Below are positions 10,014-19,179 of a stretch of DNA of 64,000 nt, one piece after another. The notes under the pieces are model-generated. The model did no database searches and was not told the origin of the DNA. It saw only the letters and a program-made list of their open reading frames with translations. Within the stretch, counting starts at the first letter, position 1, and every line of letters begins with the position of its first letter. Where the stretch lies: the sequence record MT133560.1, one strand, 5' to 3'. The position numbers and the translations under genes were made by a program.

Positions 10014-10205
10014 ATGGCTCGGGTATTGTTATTTTTAGTACCACTATTAATTGCATTTAGTGGATTAATAACTTCAATTATATTTCTTGCTGCTGCTAAA
10101 ACAATCAAACAAAAAGCAATGATTGTAAGTGGCTTGATTTGCAGTATGTTTACCCTTATGTTAGGGTTGTGGTTATTTAATATGATAATCATGCATATTA
10201 AATAG
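10014..10205 (+). CDS. Small two-TM membrane protein (63 aa)
   Basis: GAGGT SD; two hydrophobic segments separated by KTIKQK. Confidence 0.8.
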   Translation: MARVLLFLVPLLIAFSGLITSIIFLAAAKTIKQKAMIVSGLICSMFTLMLGLWLFNMIIMHIK

Positions 10206-10260
10206 ACATGCTATGTAAGAACAATTGATCATTGTTCTCTAATAATAAGAGCATCCCACT

Positions 10261-10455
10261 ATGGTCTTTTTGTGTCAACTTATAGTAATAGCCCTTGTGG
10301 CTAGTATGGGATATAAAAGTTATCAGATTTATCTTTATGTCAAGTTTGACTTAGATAAAGATAGTATTAAATCCCGGTATGTTCGCCAAAAGACACTGCT
10401 TGTTGTTTTATATGGCTTCTTTGCTTTATTTCCATTAGGATATCTGATGGTTTAA
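10261..10455 (+). CDS. Small two-TM membrane protein (64 aa)
   Basis: ORF with N- and C-terminal hydrophobic helices. Confidence 0.7.
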   Translation: MVFLCQLIVIALVASMGYKSYQIYLYVKFDLDKDSIKSRYVRQKTLLVVLYGFFALFPLGYLMV

Positions 10456-10458
10456 TAA

Positions 10459-10491
10459 ATATTACCCCGCCTTTTATTGGTGGGGTAATAT
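10459..10491. terminator. 13-bp hairpin
   Basis: ATATTACCCCGCC-TTTTATT-GGTGGGGTAATAT. Confidence 0.7.
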
Positions 10492-10550
10492 GCCATCTTT
10501 ATATCAAAAGACTTTTGAATATCATATCCCATCCTGACAAGGAGTAGACC

Positions 10551-10694
10551 ATGCAAGTACGAATTGAGGTAATCAATAGTGAGGGTAATCTGGATATCGA
10601 AGAACGGGTTGATATCCACCCAATAAAAGGGTTAACGGCCTGGATGGTCGTTCTAGCTATCAAAGGTCTTGTAGCTAGCTTTGCACGTAAGTAA
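10551..10694 (+). CDS. 47-aa protein with C-terminal hydrophobic helix (MQVRIEVINSEGNLDIEERVDIHPIKGLTAWMVVLAIKGLVASFARK)
   Basis: AAGGAG SD; below the ORF-track cutoff; followed by a terminator. Confidence 0.65.
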   Translation: MQVRIEVINSEGNLDIEERVDIHPIKGLTAWMVVLAIKGLVASFARK

Positions 10695-10705
10695 GACGAC
10701 ATAAA

Positions 10706-10746
10706 CCCCTCTCCATGTGGAGAGGGGCCTGTCTTTATTTTTTTTT
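10706..10746. terminator. Terminator between convergent genes
   Basis: CCCCTCTCC-ATGT-GGAGAGGGG followed by a T tract. Confidence 0.85.
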
Positions 10747-11242
10747 ATTTAGTTAACGGCTTGTTTAATTCATTTAACTGGTTATTGTTATTAACAGCCT
10801 CATTATGAGTAATATTCCTACATAATTCAATTATGTATTCTACCTCAGAATAAGCTAATTCAAAGAATTCAGTTAATGACATATTAGATAAGCTACCTAC
10901 TTTATACTTGAAGAAATCTCTAGTCAGTCTCCTTCTCAACCCACCTTCGATAAAATCCTCTTTAGGATTTACTTTATTTAACCACATGGGTCCGTTTTCT
11001 GGTGAACCGATATCGTAATCAAGTAGATATGCTTCTCTTGTTAAACGTGCTGCTGTAGACGGTCTTACTGCCCCTACTGTCGATAATAGTCTATCTAAGT
11101 GTGTATCATCTTCAGTTAACTTATCATAACCAAAGTTTGGATGTAGGATGTGGCCACTATCTTCCGTGAAAGTGGCCTCAAGACGACTATATCTCAGATC
11201 ATTAACTACACCATCCGGTTTGACTTCGAGGCCGCCAAAGTA
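10745..11242 (-). CDS. T4 gp51-like / 'T' frame of a tail-assembly chaperone, probably reached by -1 frameshift from the upstream gene (gp76-like)
   Basis: Frame is open from 11260 to the stop at 10745 with no ATG/GTG/TTG for about 90 codons before the ATG at 10987; SLTEFFELAYSEVEYIIEL resembles gp51/T-type segments. Confidence 0.65.
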   Translation of the reverse strand, partial: YFGGLEVKPDGVVNDLRYSRLEATFTEDSGHILHPNFGYDKLTEDDTHLDRLLSTVGAVRPSTAARLTREAYLLDYDIGSPENGPMWLNKVNPKEDFIEGGLRRRLTRDFFKYKVGSLSNMSLTEFFELAYSEVEYIIELCRNITHNEAVNNNNQLNELNKPLTK

Positions 11243-12807
11243 AAAAAAGTTGACAGCATGTCAATAGGGATTAAGTGTGGGAAACGTTCTTTAAATTTAG
11301 TAGCAGCAGGTGACTCACATACTGGACAATTCCAACTTGTAATTGCAATCATTCCAATTAGTTGTGAATCAATGAAGTTACTCACCGCATTAATAAAGCG
11401 GTCATTATATTCCGGTGTGGATAGAATATTAGTTAAGAACTTTTCAATAGTTTCACGATTAGTGGTTGCAGTACGAATATTGTCTTCAGAACTTTCACCA
11501 TCGTCATCTTCACGTACTTTAATTTCTTTAACAAAATGTGAGAACTGACGGGCAATAGAGATCTTTTGTAAACGTGCAATATACTGAGAACGTTGCGGAC
11601 CATCGACTGGTTCATTAAAACTACCTTGAGTCATATCGATAATTGAGTTAATCCAACTATCACCAGACTCTCGGCGATCAGCAATTGTACACATCTCAAG
11701 AACAACACCAACGTCACCAAACATTTCAGTTACTTGAGTTTCAATACGGAATCCTTCTTTATAAGTCTTAAGATCAGATTCAGTACATGCATTAAACTTA
11801 CGTGCAATATATTTCTTTTGTTCTTCTGAGAATGCCAGTAGATCATATTGAACAAGCGTTGACATATTAAGTTTCGCTGTTTCAATATGGTTACATGTAT
11901 TGGCATCTGCAATGCATGGATAACTATAATTAAATCCATCTGGATACATAGTCGCCGCTAGTGCGTGATGCAAGAACGGCTCATCAGCTACTGAGATAAC
12001 ATGCTCTAGATCAGTTGGGGTGTTGAACTTATAGTTGGATTGAATAACACATGCAAGTGCTAAACTACTAACCATGTTAAGTAACACAGCTGCCATGTTT
12101 GAGAACAGCATACCTTTTGATTCAGCGCCTAGCCGGATCTTTAATTGTGCTAGACGTGCTTGTAGGGCAGCTACTTCAGTACCAGTAGGTGCACGTAGTT
12201 TTACCCAAATACCTGAATGAGGTAGGAAAGTATCATATGGCGTACCGATGTTAGCTTTACGTGTTAGGAAAACTAGAGTTTCATCATCGGTCATTTTACG
12301 ACCATTGGTATTAAATACAGGTCGGCCTGGTCGAATGATCTTTTCACCATAAGGAATTTCACTAGACCATTCAGAACCTTCTCGGGCAGTTGCACCGATT
12401 GGTGCATCTTCAACAATAGAGTGAGCTAAGCCTTCCAGAATAGCAGCTGTCCACTTTACACCGTCACTAGTGTCATCTACTTTATTATCAGCAAATGCTT
12501 TAAATAGTTCTTTATTGTGATCCAGGAAATTATAAACAGTCTGGGGATTCTCACGTAGTAAAGTAAGAATGCTAGCACTATCTTTAATAGCCGGTTCAGA
12601 AGCATCCCGGATATTTCCAGTTTTAGCATTACGTGGAATACGTAGTTTAATTTCTTTTTGATCAGGAACGAAAGGTGGAGTTTCCACCTCGTCATTATTT
12701 TCAATACTAGAGTCAGGATCGTGTTGCGCATTGATCTCATCAATTTGATCTAGTAAATTCTCTTCTGGAGTATCATCGTACTCATTATCGAAGTCAGCAG
12801 TAGCCAT
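11206..12807 (-). CDS. gp77-like; putative T4 gp26-like tail/baseplate assembly chaperone
   Basis: 533 aa; VKLRAPT, Cys pairs YPC..TCNH and WNCPVC, and a terminal 'STFF', all reminiscent of gp26; family assignment is inference. Confidence 0.6.
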   Translation of the reverse strand: MATADFDNEYDDTPEENLLDQIDEINAQHDPDSSIENNDEVETPPFVPDQKEIKLRIPRNAKTGNIRDASEPAIKDSASILTLLRENPQTVYNFLDHNKELFKAFADNKVDDTSDGVKWTAAILEGLAHSIVEDAPIGATAREGSEWSSEIPYGEKIIRPGRPVFNTNGRKMTDDETLVFLTRKANIGTPYDTFLPHSGIWVKLRAPTGTEVAALQARLAQLKIRLGAESKGMLFSNMAAVLLNMVSSLALACVIQSNYKFNTPTDLEHVISVADEPFLHHALAATMYPDGFNYSYPCIADANTCNHIETAKLNMSTLVQYDLLAFSEEQKKYIARKFNACTESDLKTYKEGFRIETQVTEMFGDVGVVLEMCTIADRRESGDSWINSIIDMTQGSFNEPVDGPQRSQYIARLQKISIARQFSHFVKEIKVREDDDGESSEDNIRTATTNRETIEKFLTNILSTPEYNDRFINAVSNFIDSQLIGMIAITSWNCPVCESPAATKFKERFPHLIPIDMLSTFFTLAASKSNRMV

Positions 12808-12818
12808 TTAAAACTCCA

Positions 12819-13313
12819 TTATTGTTGAATTAGTTTTTCGTCCCAACCAGCTTCTCGAAGAGTGCCGATCATCGCTAGGATTACACCATCAATACCGCGT
12901 TCAATAGCACCTTCAATACCAGTGTATTTAGTAACAAGTTCACTGATGAGTTTTAGTTCATCTTCATTATTTGCTGGACCAGCCTTACCTTGATGTTGTG
13001 CATATAGGACACTGATAATTTTAGTTAGTCGATTAAGGTCAGCAATAACTGTTTGTAGGTTCTTTTGGAATCCAGTAGGATCAGATAACGTCGGAATGAT
13101 TTCATTGATCTTATTGATAACTGGATTAATGAATACTTCAGTTTGTAGAATACGTTTACCTACGGAACCTGCTAGTACATTGACAACATCCCAACCATCG
13201 CGGTTAAGAATATGATCAGCTGCGGCAGCTGATGCTCCAACTGCACGTTCAAATAGACGTAGCGTCTTTTCCTGTTCTTTAGTTAGAGTTGGTTCTTTAG
13301 CTTTATTTGACAT
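12819..13313 (-). CDS. Hypothetical protein (gp78-like)
   Basis: 164-aa ORF, GGAG SD. Confidence 0.8.
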   Translation of the reverse strand: MSNKAKEPTLTKEQEKTLRLFERAVGASAAAADHILNRDGWDVVNVLAGSVGKRILQTEVFINPVINKINEIIPTLSDPTGFQKNLQTVIADLNRLTKIISVLYAQHQGKAGPANNEDELKLISELVTKYTGIEGAIERGIDGVILAMIGTLREAGWDEKLIQQ

Positions 13314-13483
13314 CTTGTTATACTCCGATAGAGGCTTAATTTAATATTTGCCAATATAAATTGACAAATGAAAAAATGATTAGTTCAACATATATTTAAC
13401 ACATTTGGTAATTTTACACTATATTAAAGAATAACTATCTGTCCAACCCTATGTTAATAATTCCATATAAAAAGGATATCGTC

Positions 13484-14341
13484 ATGAAAGATTTCATTGA
13501 TAGTTATCTTACGCCTCTTATACATGAAGAGCGTAAAGAAGTTATCCTAGACTGCGTGGCATCTTTTGAAAAGATCAATTATGTTGCAGCTCTAGATGAA
13601 TTAAATACAGTATGTCAGATTCAATCAGGTATCTCAGATAATGCAATGCTTCTTTCTCGTATTGATGATATCATTCGCATTGCACAAGATGAAATTCTAA
13701 ATGAACATCTTATTAAAATTAGTGATGAAGCAACTCAGGCCGAACGGCAAGCTGTTGTTAATACACTCCTTAGTTTAGAAGATTACATTATTCCAGATGA
13801 AGTGAATGATATCCTGTTAGCTGAATATTCACCCGAAGAGACATTAGCACATCTGGTAGAACTTATCGATACAAGTGTAGATTTCTTAAATATCATTGAC
13901 TTAATTGAAAGTGTATCGCCAACACTTATTAGTAATATTACATCATTTATTCAGTCAGTACTTACTACCCGTGGTCAAGCATATGGAAATGTAAGTAATG
14001 TCGAACGGATTAATTTAATTAATCGCCTTATTCGTATTCATACGCGTGCATCATTTAAGTTAGCTATGGAACTAGTTAATGCGGGATTACGTGTTGGTAA
14101 AAGGAATATTGATGACCTATTACAAATTTCATTTGGCCCATTAGATGCTATGACACCTATTGAAGTTGCTAAAGAAATTGTCGGATTAGTATTAATTTCA
14201 AATACTGAACAGAATGAAATTAGTAGAACCGTAATGAGTATTATAGATGATTTCACATCTAACAATATTGAACGATCTATTATGGAAAATGAAGCTAAAA
14301 AGATTTTAAATAGCATAGGTGATACTAATGAAATTACGTGA
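13484..14341 (+). CDS. Hypothetical/virion protein (gp79-like)
   Basis: AAGGA SD before ATG 13484; overlaps the start of gp80. Confidence 0.8.
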   Translation: MKDFIDSYLTPLIHEERKEVILDCVASFEKINYVAALDELNTVCQIQSGISDNAMLLSRIDDIIRIAQDEILNEHLIKISDEATQAERQAVVNTLLSLEDYIIPDEVNDILLAEYSPEETLAHLVELIDTSVDFLNIIDLIESVSPTLISNITSFIQSVLTTRGQAYGNVSNVERINLINRLIRIHTRASFKLAMELVNAGLRVGKRNIDDLLQISFGPLDAMTPIEVAKEIVGLVLISNTEQNEISRTVMSIIDDFTSNNIERSIMENEAKKILNSIGDTNEIT

Positions 14342-15677
14342 TTATTTTCTAATGGGTATCAATGCTGGATTAGATAAGAAACGAGCATGGGTTAACGTTT
14401 TATTTAATATCGTTTATAACCCAAATGATGGCGGTGAATATCTATACAAGCCATATTTCAAAGATGGTAAAATGTTCTTCTATAAAGAAGGTGATTCTAA
14501 TGATGAAGTTGTTTATATCGACGATTATGTTGAAGGTAAACAACCATTAGCGTTTCGAGATGAATTCATTTTACAACCTGGTGAAATTGAAAACTATAAA
14601 GGACCGGGTGCATTAAGAACAACTTATGGTAACGTTTTTGTTAACCATTTAGTATTGTGTTTACCTTTCGGTGATCTGTTCCCATTCCAATCTGGTTATT
14701 TTGATATTGGTAAAATTGAGAAAGAAATTCTTAACCGCATGATCGATGATCCAATTGATGATGATAATCCACCGCGTGCAACTGATGGTAAGTTATATGT
14801 ATGGCAATATCGGATGTTTGCAGATCATTGTTTAGCATTACCTGCGTATGCCAGTACCTTGGTAACATCCATTACTGAGAAATCAATGACCTCTGCACCA
14901 GACAGAGATAAATTACGTAAAGAACTAGAAGAGAAATATAAAGATCGGTTAGATGATCCGGCTGTTATTGCAGAGATGGGTAATGCATTAATCAAGCTAG
15001 ATGAGGACTATCTAAAAGACGATCCTTCTTATGAGTTCTACGACACTAAACATAGTAAATTATTTGGTGGCGTGCGTAAGAAAGTATTTGGTATGTTTGG
15101 TGGGGAAGCGCCATTCCAAGACGGTACATCAGTTGAATATATCGGTAAATCATTGGAAGAAGGCATTGACACTGACCATATGCCAGTAATGAATAACTCA
15201 TTACGTTATGGTTCATATAACCGTGGAGCACAAACAGCCCTTGGCGGTGAGTCAACTAAAACGATTTATCGAATGGTTGGTACAGTCAGGATTATTATGG
15301 AAGACTGCAATACATGGATAGGTATTCCAACTACTGTTCACCAATTTAATAAGAAAGATTTCATTGGCTTGTCTTATGTTAAGAATGGGAAATCTATCCT
15401 TATTGAAGAAACTAATATTGATGAACTAGTTGGCACTAAGATTGAACTACGTGGTCCAATGACATGTAAGGCCGGTGGTGATCCAGCTAATGGTGTAATA
15501 GGTAGAGGTAAGAACGTATGCGCTGTCTGTATGGGTAAACAAATGTCAGAGAACCCTAATGGCATACCGGCAGCGGCAGCAGGTGTTGGTGGTCGATTCC
15601 TATCCATCTTCATGTCTAAAATGCACAGTGCTGTTCTTAAGACTGTTAAATGGTCTTATCGCGATCGCATCAGTTAA
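14328..15677 (+). CDS. Virion RNAP beta' subunit part (gp80)
   Basis: EDCNT and CAVCMG Zn ligands; AAAAGVGGRFLSIFMSKMH parallels the beta' trigger-loop region of gp74. Confidence 0.85.
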   Translation: MKLRDYFLMGINAGLDKKRAWVNVLFNIVYNPNDGGEYLYKPYFKDGKMFFYKEGDSNDEVVYIDDYVEGKQPLAFRDEFILQPGEIENYKGPGALRTTYGNVFVNHLVLCLPFGDLFPFQSGYFDIGKIEKEILNRMIDDPIDDDNPPRATDGKLYVWQYRMFADHCLALPAYASTLVTSITEKSMTSAPDRDKLRKELEEKYKDRLDDPAVIAEMGNALIKLDEDYLKDDPSYEFYDTKHSKLFGGVRKKVFGMFGGEAPFQDGTSVEYIGKSLEEGIDTDHMPVMNNSLRYGSYNRGAQTALGGESTKTIYRMVGTVRIIMEDCNTWIGIPTTVHQFNKKDFIGLSYVKNGKSILIEETNIDELVGTKIELRGPMTCKAGGDPANGVIGRGKNVCAVCMGKQMSENPNGIPAAAAGVGGRFLSIFMSKMHSAVLKTVKWSYRDRIS

Positions 15678-15682
15678 AATAG

Positions 15683-15708
15683 ATGGAGAAGTTACTCAGC
15701 TTCTCCAT
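15683..15708. terminator. Hairpin ATGGAGAAG-N8-CTTCTCCAT
   Basis: 9-bp perfect stem in the intergenic gap. Confidence 0.5.
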
Positions 15709-15739
15709 TATTTAGATTATAACCCGAAAGGAACTAGTA

Positions 15740-17161
15740 ATGTCTAAAAAGAATCAACGATTTGGAAAGTTTCCTCAACTCAATCGTTTACCTGAAAAAC
15801 CCATTGTCAAAGACGAAGTTTTATCAGAAGCAACTGAAGATAAGCCAACTTCTGAAATTGGTCGAGGATTAACAAATATTGAATTAGTATCTCCTGAGGA
15901 AGTATATGCTACAGCAGATGATATTAATTCTTCAGTTAATACAGATAACGATACCTCAGAATTAGCTGAAGTTAATGTAAATGCACTGCGTACTGACTTC
16001 GATATTCCTGAAACATGGACAGATGAAAATGTCATTGAATGGTTTACCAATGATGGCATTGCTAAAGGTAAAACTGAACTCGGTAGCTTTGTATTTGACC
16101 CAACCCGTAAATATCGTCCTTATGATGAATGGTCAGATGATGAACTAATCGATGCTGCTAACCATCGTCTAACTGGTGTAGTTAATGATATTGCCGATAT
16201 TGCTGATGATATTTTAACTAAACGGGCTAAAGAGAATGAGACTACTGAGGAAGTAATTGTACCGGTAGTTAATGAAGATACTCTGAAACAAGATATTCGC
16301 AATACTGAAGACAGTATCAAGCTTGAAGAATTAGTCAAGCAACTGCGTATTCACACTAGTGATATTCCACTAGATTGGTCTACCCAAGAAGTGGTTGATT
16401 TTGTTAAACAAGGTATTACTCCACCAAAAACACTACGTGGTAGTTGGGTTAATAGTGTTATTCGTGATAATGCTCCACCTACCGATTGGACGACAGCAGA
16501 GCTTGAAGACTGGGCTGAAGGACTTATTAAAAATAGTAATTTGATAAAAGATTTTAAAATTGCTATTGAGTTACGCGATCGTTTATTCTTACCTACCACT
16601 AGTCAAGATATTGAAACTATTGTTGAACAATGGAAAGTATTCTCTGGTAAAGATGATATTAAACCAACCGGGGAAGTTAAAATCTTGAATAGTGAATCAA
16701 CATCTAATGAACCTGTACTTCGTAAAGGTATGACCAAAATGAACCAAGTATTTATCGAATCTCGTCTAGAGCAGTTTGCCACTGGTGCTAAACCTGGTGA
16801 CTATATCACTATCGAACGTGGTGGAGATGCACAAAAGAAACTAGATGATGTATTCAACTACGTAATGACAATCGAAGATATTGAAGGCTTTAAATCAGGC
16901 ATGGATATTATCTTTGATTTCGTTAAGAAAAATCGTAATACCCTATTTAGTGAATCTAACGCACTTCGCTTTGTTGCTACTCTACCTACTCAGAATAACC
17001 GTCAAGAAGCACACATTAATCTTCTTACTCTATTCTGCCTATTTACTAGTGATGTATCAGATGCGCTTTATCAAGTAGATATCAACTATCTTGCACGTTT
17101 CATCCCTGAAGGTAAACGGCAACTCGTTCTACACTTCTTCCGGCAGAAAGCTGGTATGTAA
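15740..17161 (+). CDS. Hypothetical protein with internal duplicated Trp-containing domain (gp81-like)
   Basis: 473 aa; DIPETWTDENVIEWF and DIPLDWSTQEVVDFV repeats. Confidence 0.8.
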   Translation: MSKKNQRFGKFPQLNRLPEKPIVKDEVLSEATEDKPTSEIGRGLTNIELVSPEEVYATADDINSSVNTDNDTSELAEVNVNALRTDFDIPETWTDENVIEWFTNDGIAKGKTELGSFVFDPTRKYRPYDEWSDDELIDAANHRLTGVVNDIADIADDILTKRAKENETTEEVIVPVVNEDTLKQDIRNTEDSIKLEELVKQLRIHTSDIPLDWSTQEVVDFVKQGITPPKTLRGSWVNSVIRDNAPPTDWTTAELEDWAEGLIKNSNLIKDFKIAIELRDRLFLPTTSQDIETIVEQWKVFSGKDDIKPTGEVKILNSESTSNEPVLRKGMTKMNQVFIESRLEQFATGAKPGDYITIERGGDAQKKLDDVFNYVMTIEDIEGFKSGMDIIFDFVKKNRNTLFSESNALRFVATLPTQNNRQEAHINLLTLFCLFTSDVSDALYQVDINYLARFIPEGKRQLVLHFFRQKAGM

Positions 17162-17162
17162 A

Positions 17163-17192
17163 CATATTGCCTCCCCTAGGGGAGGCTTTATG
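17163..17192. terminator. CATA...TATG-flanked hairpin
   Basis: CATATT-GCCTCCCC-TA-GGGGAGGC-TTTATG. Confidence 0.7.
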
Positions 17193-17262
17193 CTGATTAT
17201 TACTTTTACTAGGTACTAATATAGTACGTAGATAAATATCAATATGTGCTGAGGTTATAGCA

Positions 17263-19179
17263 ATGTCTAATGAACAACAGGTTACAAATAAGAAAAAGAT
17301 TAAGGGCATTGAAGCCAAACATATTACTTATTGTACTGATCAATTTGGTAAGTTTACAGATGCACATTTCGTTAAAGAACGAATTCATTTTGAAGATGGT
17401 ACAACTGCAAATAATTTAAGGATGTGGGAAAACTACCAGCGTCCTTTTTGGATTACCTCAAAAGGAATGCGTAACCATAAAGAAAAGAAAGATTACGAAT
17501 ATGAGCGTAACTTAGTTAAATATATGTCAACTCAAATTGACATGAAACGTAAGATTAGTAAAATCCTAGGTGACTATTCGGCTAGATCTCTTCGTCAACT
17601 AGCGCGTAGTCCTTACCTATATGGCAGTGATGTTAGTTCAACCTGTTATCTGAAGCATGATTATCAAGAACGTTATCCTGGTCTAATCTCTCTAAACACT
17701 GTTGCTGGTGGTGACATCGAAACCAACGTTTATGAAGCTGAGAACGATGGTCAGATTATCTGTATGTCAGTCACACATAAGAACAAAGCTTTCTTAGCCT
17801 ATTTAAAACGATGGGTTAGTGATATTGAAGATCCAGTGAAAGAGACATTAGAACAAGCACAAAAAGAAGAGGTGCTATCGCATCTAATTAAAGAACGTGG
17901 TCTAGATATTGAAGTAATGGTTGTTGAAACACCAGTAGATATTATTATTGAATGTTTTAAACGACTACATACCTGGAAACCAGATTTCTTCGCATTCTGG
18001 AATATTAGCTTCGACATTGGTAGAATCTTAAAAACATTAGAACATTATGGTGTTAATCCAGCTGATGTTTTTTCTGATCCATCGGTACCTAAGAATTATA
18101 GGTATTTCCATTTTAAGATTGACGAACCTATGACCACCACTGCATCTGGGGTCACCAAATCTAAAGGACCGGAGGATCAATGGCATTGGATTACAGCACC
18201 CTCTAGTTTTCAATGCATCGATTCTATGTCAACTTATCGTGTAACTCGATTAGCTAAAGGACGTGATCCTAACTATCGATTAGAGTCTATTCTTAGAAAA
18301 GAACTAAACATCGATAAATCTACGACCATTAAAAATGATAAGGACTTAGAAGATTTTATTGAAGGTTTTAATAAACAACTAGTTGACAGGCCAGGCGGAG
18401 TTATTACTAAATATATTAAAAATGTAGGTAGTAATGAATGGGTACCGGTGGATGATTTTATATTAAATAATAACTTTACCTATGGTGATTCTATTAGATA
18501 TGTAATGGAATTTGGTAAGTTAACCTTTAAAGAAACTGCACATCTTGGTGGTATCGACTGGCACCGTGAGATGCAGACTAAACATAAAATCAAATATGGT
18601 CTTTATAACATCATCGACTCCATTCGACTAGAACAACTTGATGAACAAGTAAATGACCTTGGTCGTTCTATAAGTCTATTCTCTAAAGCATCCGATTATA
18701 AGAACTTTAGCTCTAACCCAAAACGACTATGTGATGACATGCATTTCTGGTATCTAAATAGACCAGATCCATGTGTTATTGGTTCGAGTTCTGATCAGAT
18801 GGTACATGAGTTAGATCAGTATGTTATTGGTCATAACGACTGGATTGTTACATTGCCATCTTACATGGCAGGTCCAAATGGATTACAGTGCGTTAAAGAT
18901 TTACCAAATTATAAAACCTTAATCTTCTGCCATATCGCCGACCTTGACATCGTGTCGACATATCCTAACGTTAGTCAGATTCTAAATATTGCACGTGAAA
19001 CATGTGTAATGGAATTCTCGATGATGGAAGGAATTAGTGAACACCATCGCCGCGAAGTTGGCGTAAACTTAACAGGCGGTAGGGTTAATGCTATTGAAAT
19101 CACACAGAAGATCATGGGCGCTCCTAAAATGGATACCCTACTAGAGAAGTTTATTAATACCTATAAGAACCCAAAGTAA
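17263..19179 (+). CDS. Split family-B DNA polymerase subunit: 3'-5' exonuclease plus palm motif A (gp82-like)
   Basis: ExoI GDIETN, ExoII FWNISFDI, ExoIII YNIIDS, motif A DLDIVSTYPNVSQILNIARET; motifs B and C absent. Confidence 0.85.
   Translation: MSNEQQVTNKKKIKGIEAKHITYCTDQFGKFTDAHFVKERIHFEDGTTANNLRMWENYQRPFWITSKGMRNHKEKKDYEYERNLVKYMSTQIDMKRKISKILGDYSARSLRQLARSPYLYGSDVSSTCYLKHDYQERYPGLISLNTVAGGDIETNVYEAENDGQIICMSVTHKNKAFLAYLKRWVSDIEDPVKETLEQAQKEEVLSHLIKERGLDIEVMVVETPVDIIIECFKRLHTWKPDFFAFWNISFDIGRILKTLEHYGVNPADVFSDPSVPKNYRYFHFKIDEPMTTTASGVTKSKGPEDQWHWITAPSSFQCIDSMSTYRVTRLAKGRDPNYRLESILRKELNIDKSTTIKNDKDLEDFIEGFNKQLVDRPGGVITKYIKNVGSNEWVPVDDFILNNNFTYGDSIRYVMEFGKLTFKETAHLGGIDWHREMQTKHKIKYGLYNIIDSIRLEQLDEQVNDLGRSISLFSKASDYKNFSSNPKRLCDDMHFWYLNRPDPCVIGSSSDQMVHELDQYVIGHNDWIVTLPSYMAGPNGLQCVKDLPNYKTLIFCHIADLDIVSTYPNVSQILNIARETCVMEFSMMEGISEHHRREVGVNLTGGRVNAIEITQKIMGAPKMDTLLEKFINTYKNPK

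Noticed and set aside
11150-11548. 132-aa plus-strand ORF overlapping the frameshift region
   Set aside because: Antisense to gp77, no promoter or SD; the minus-strand -1 frame explains the region better.
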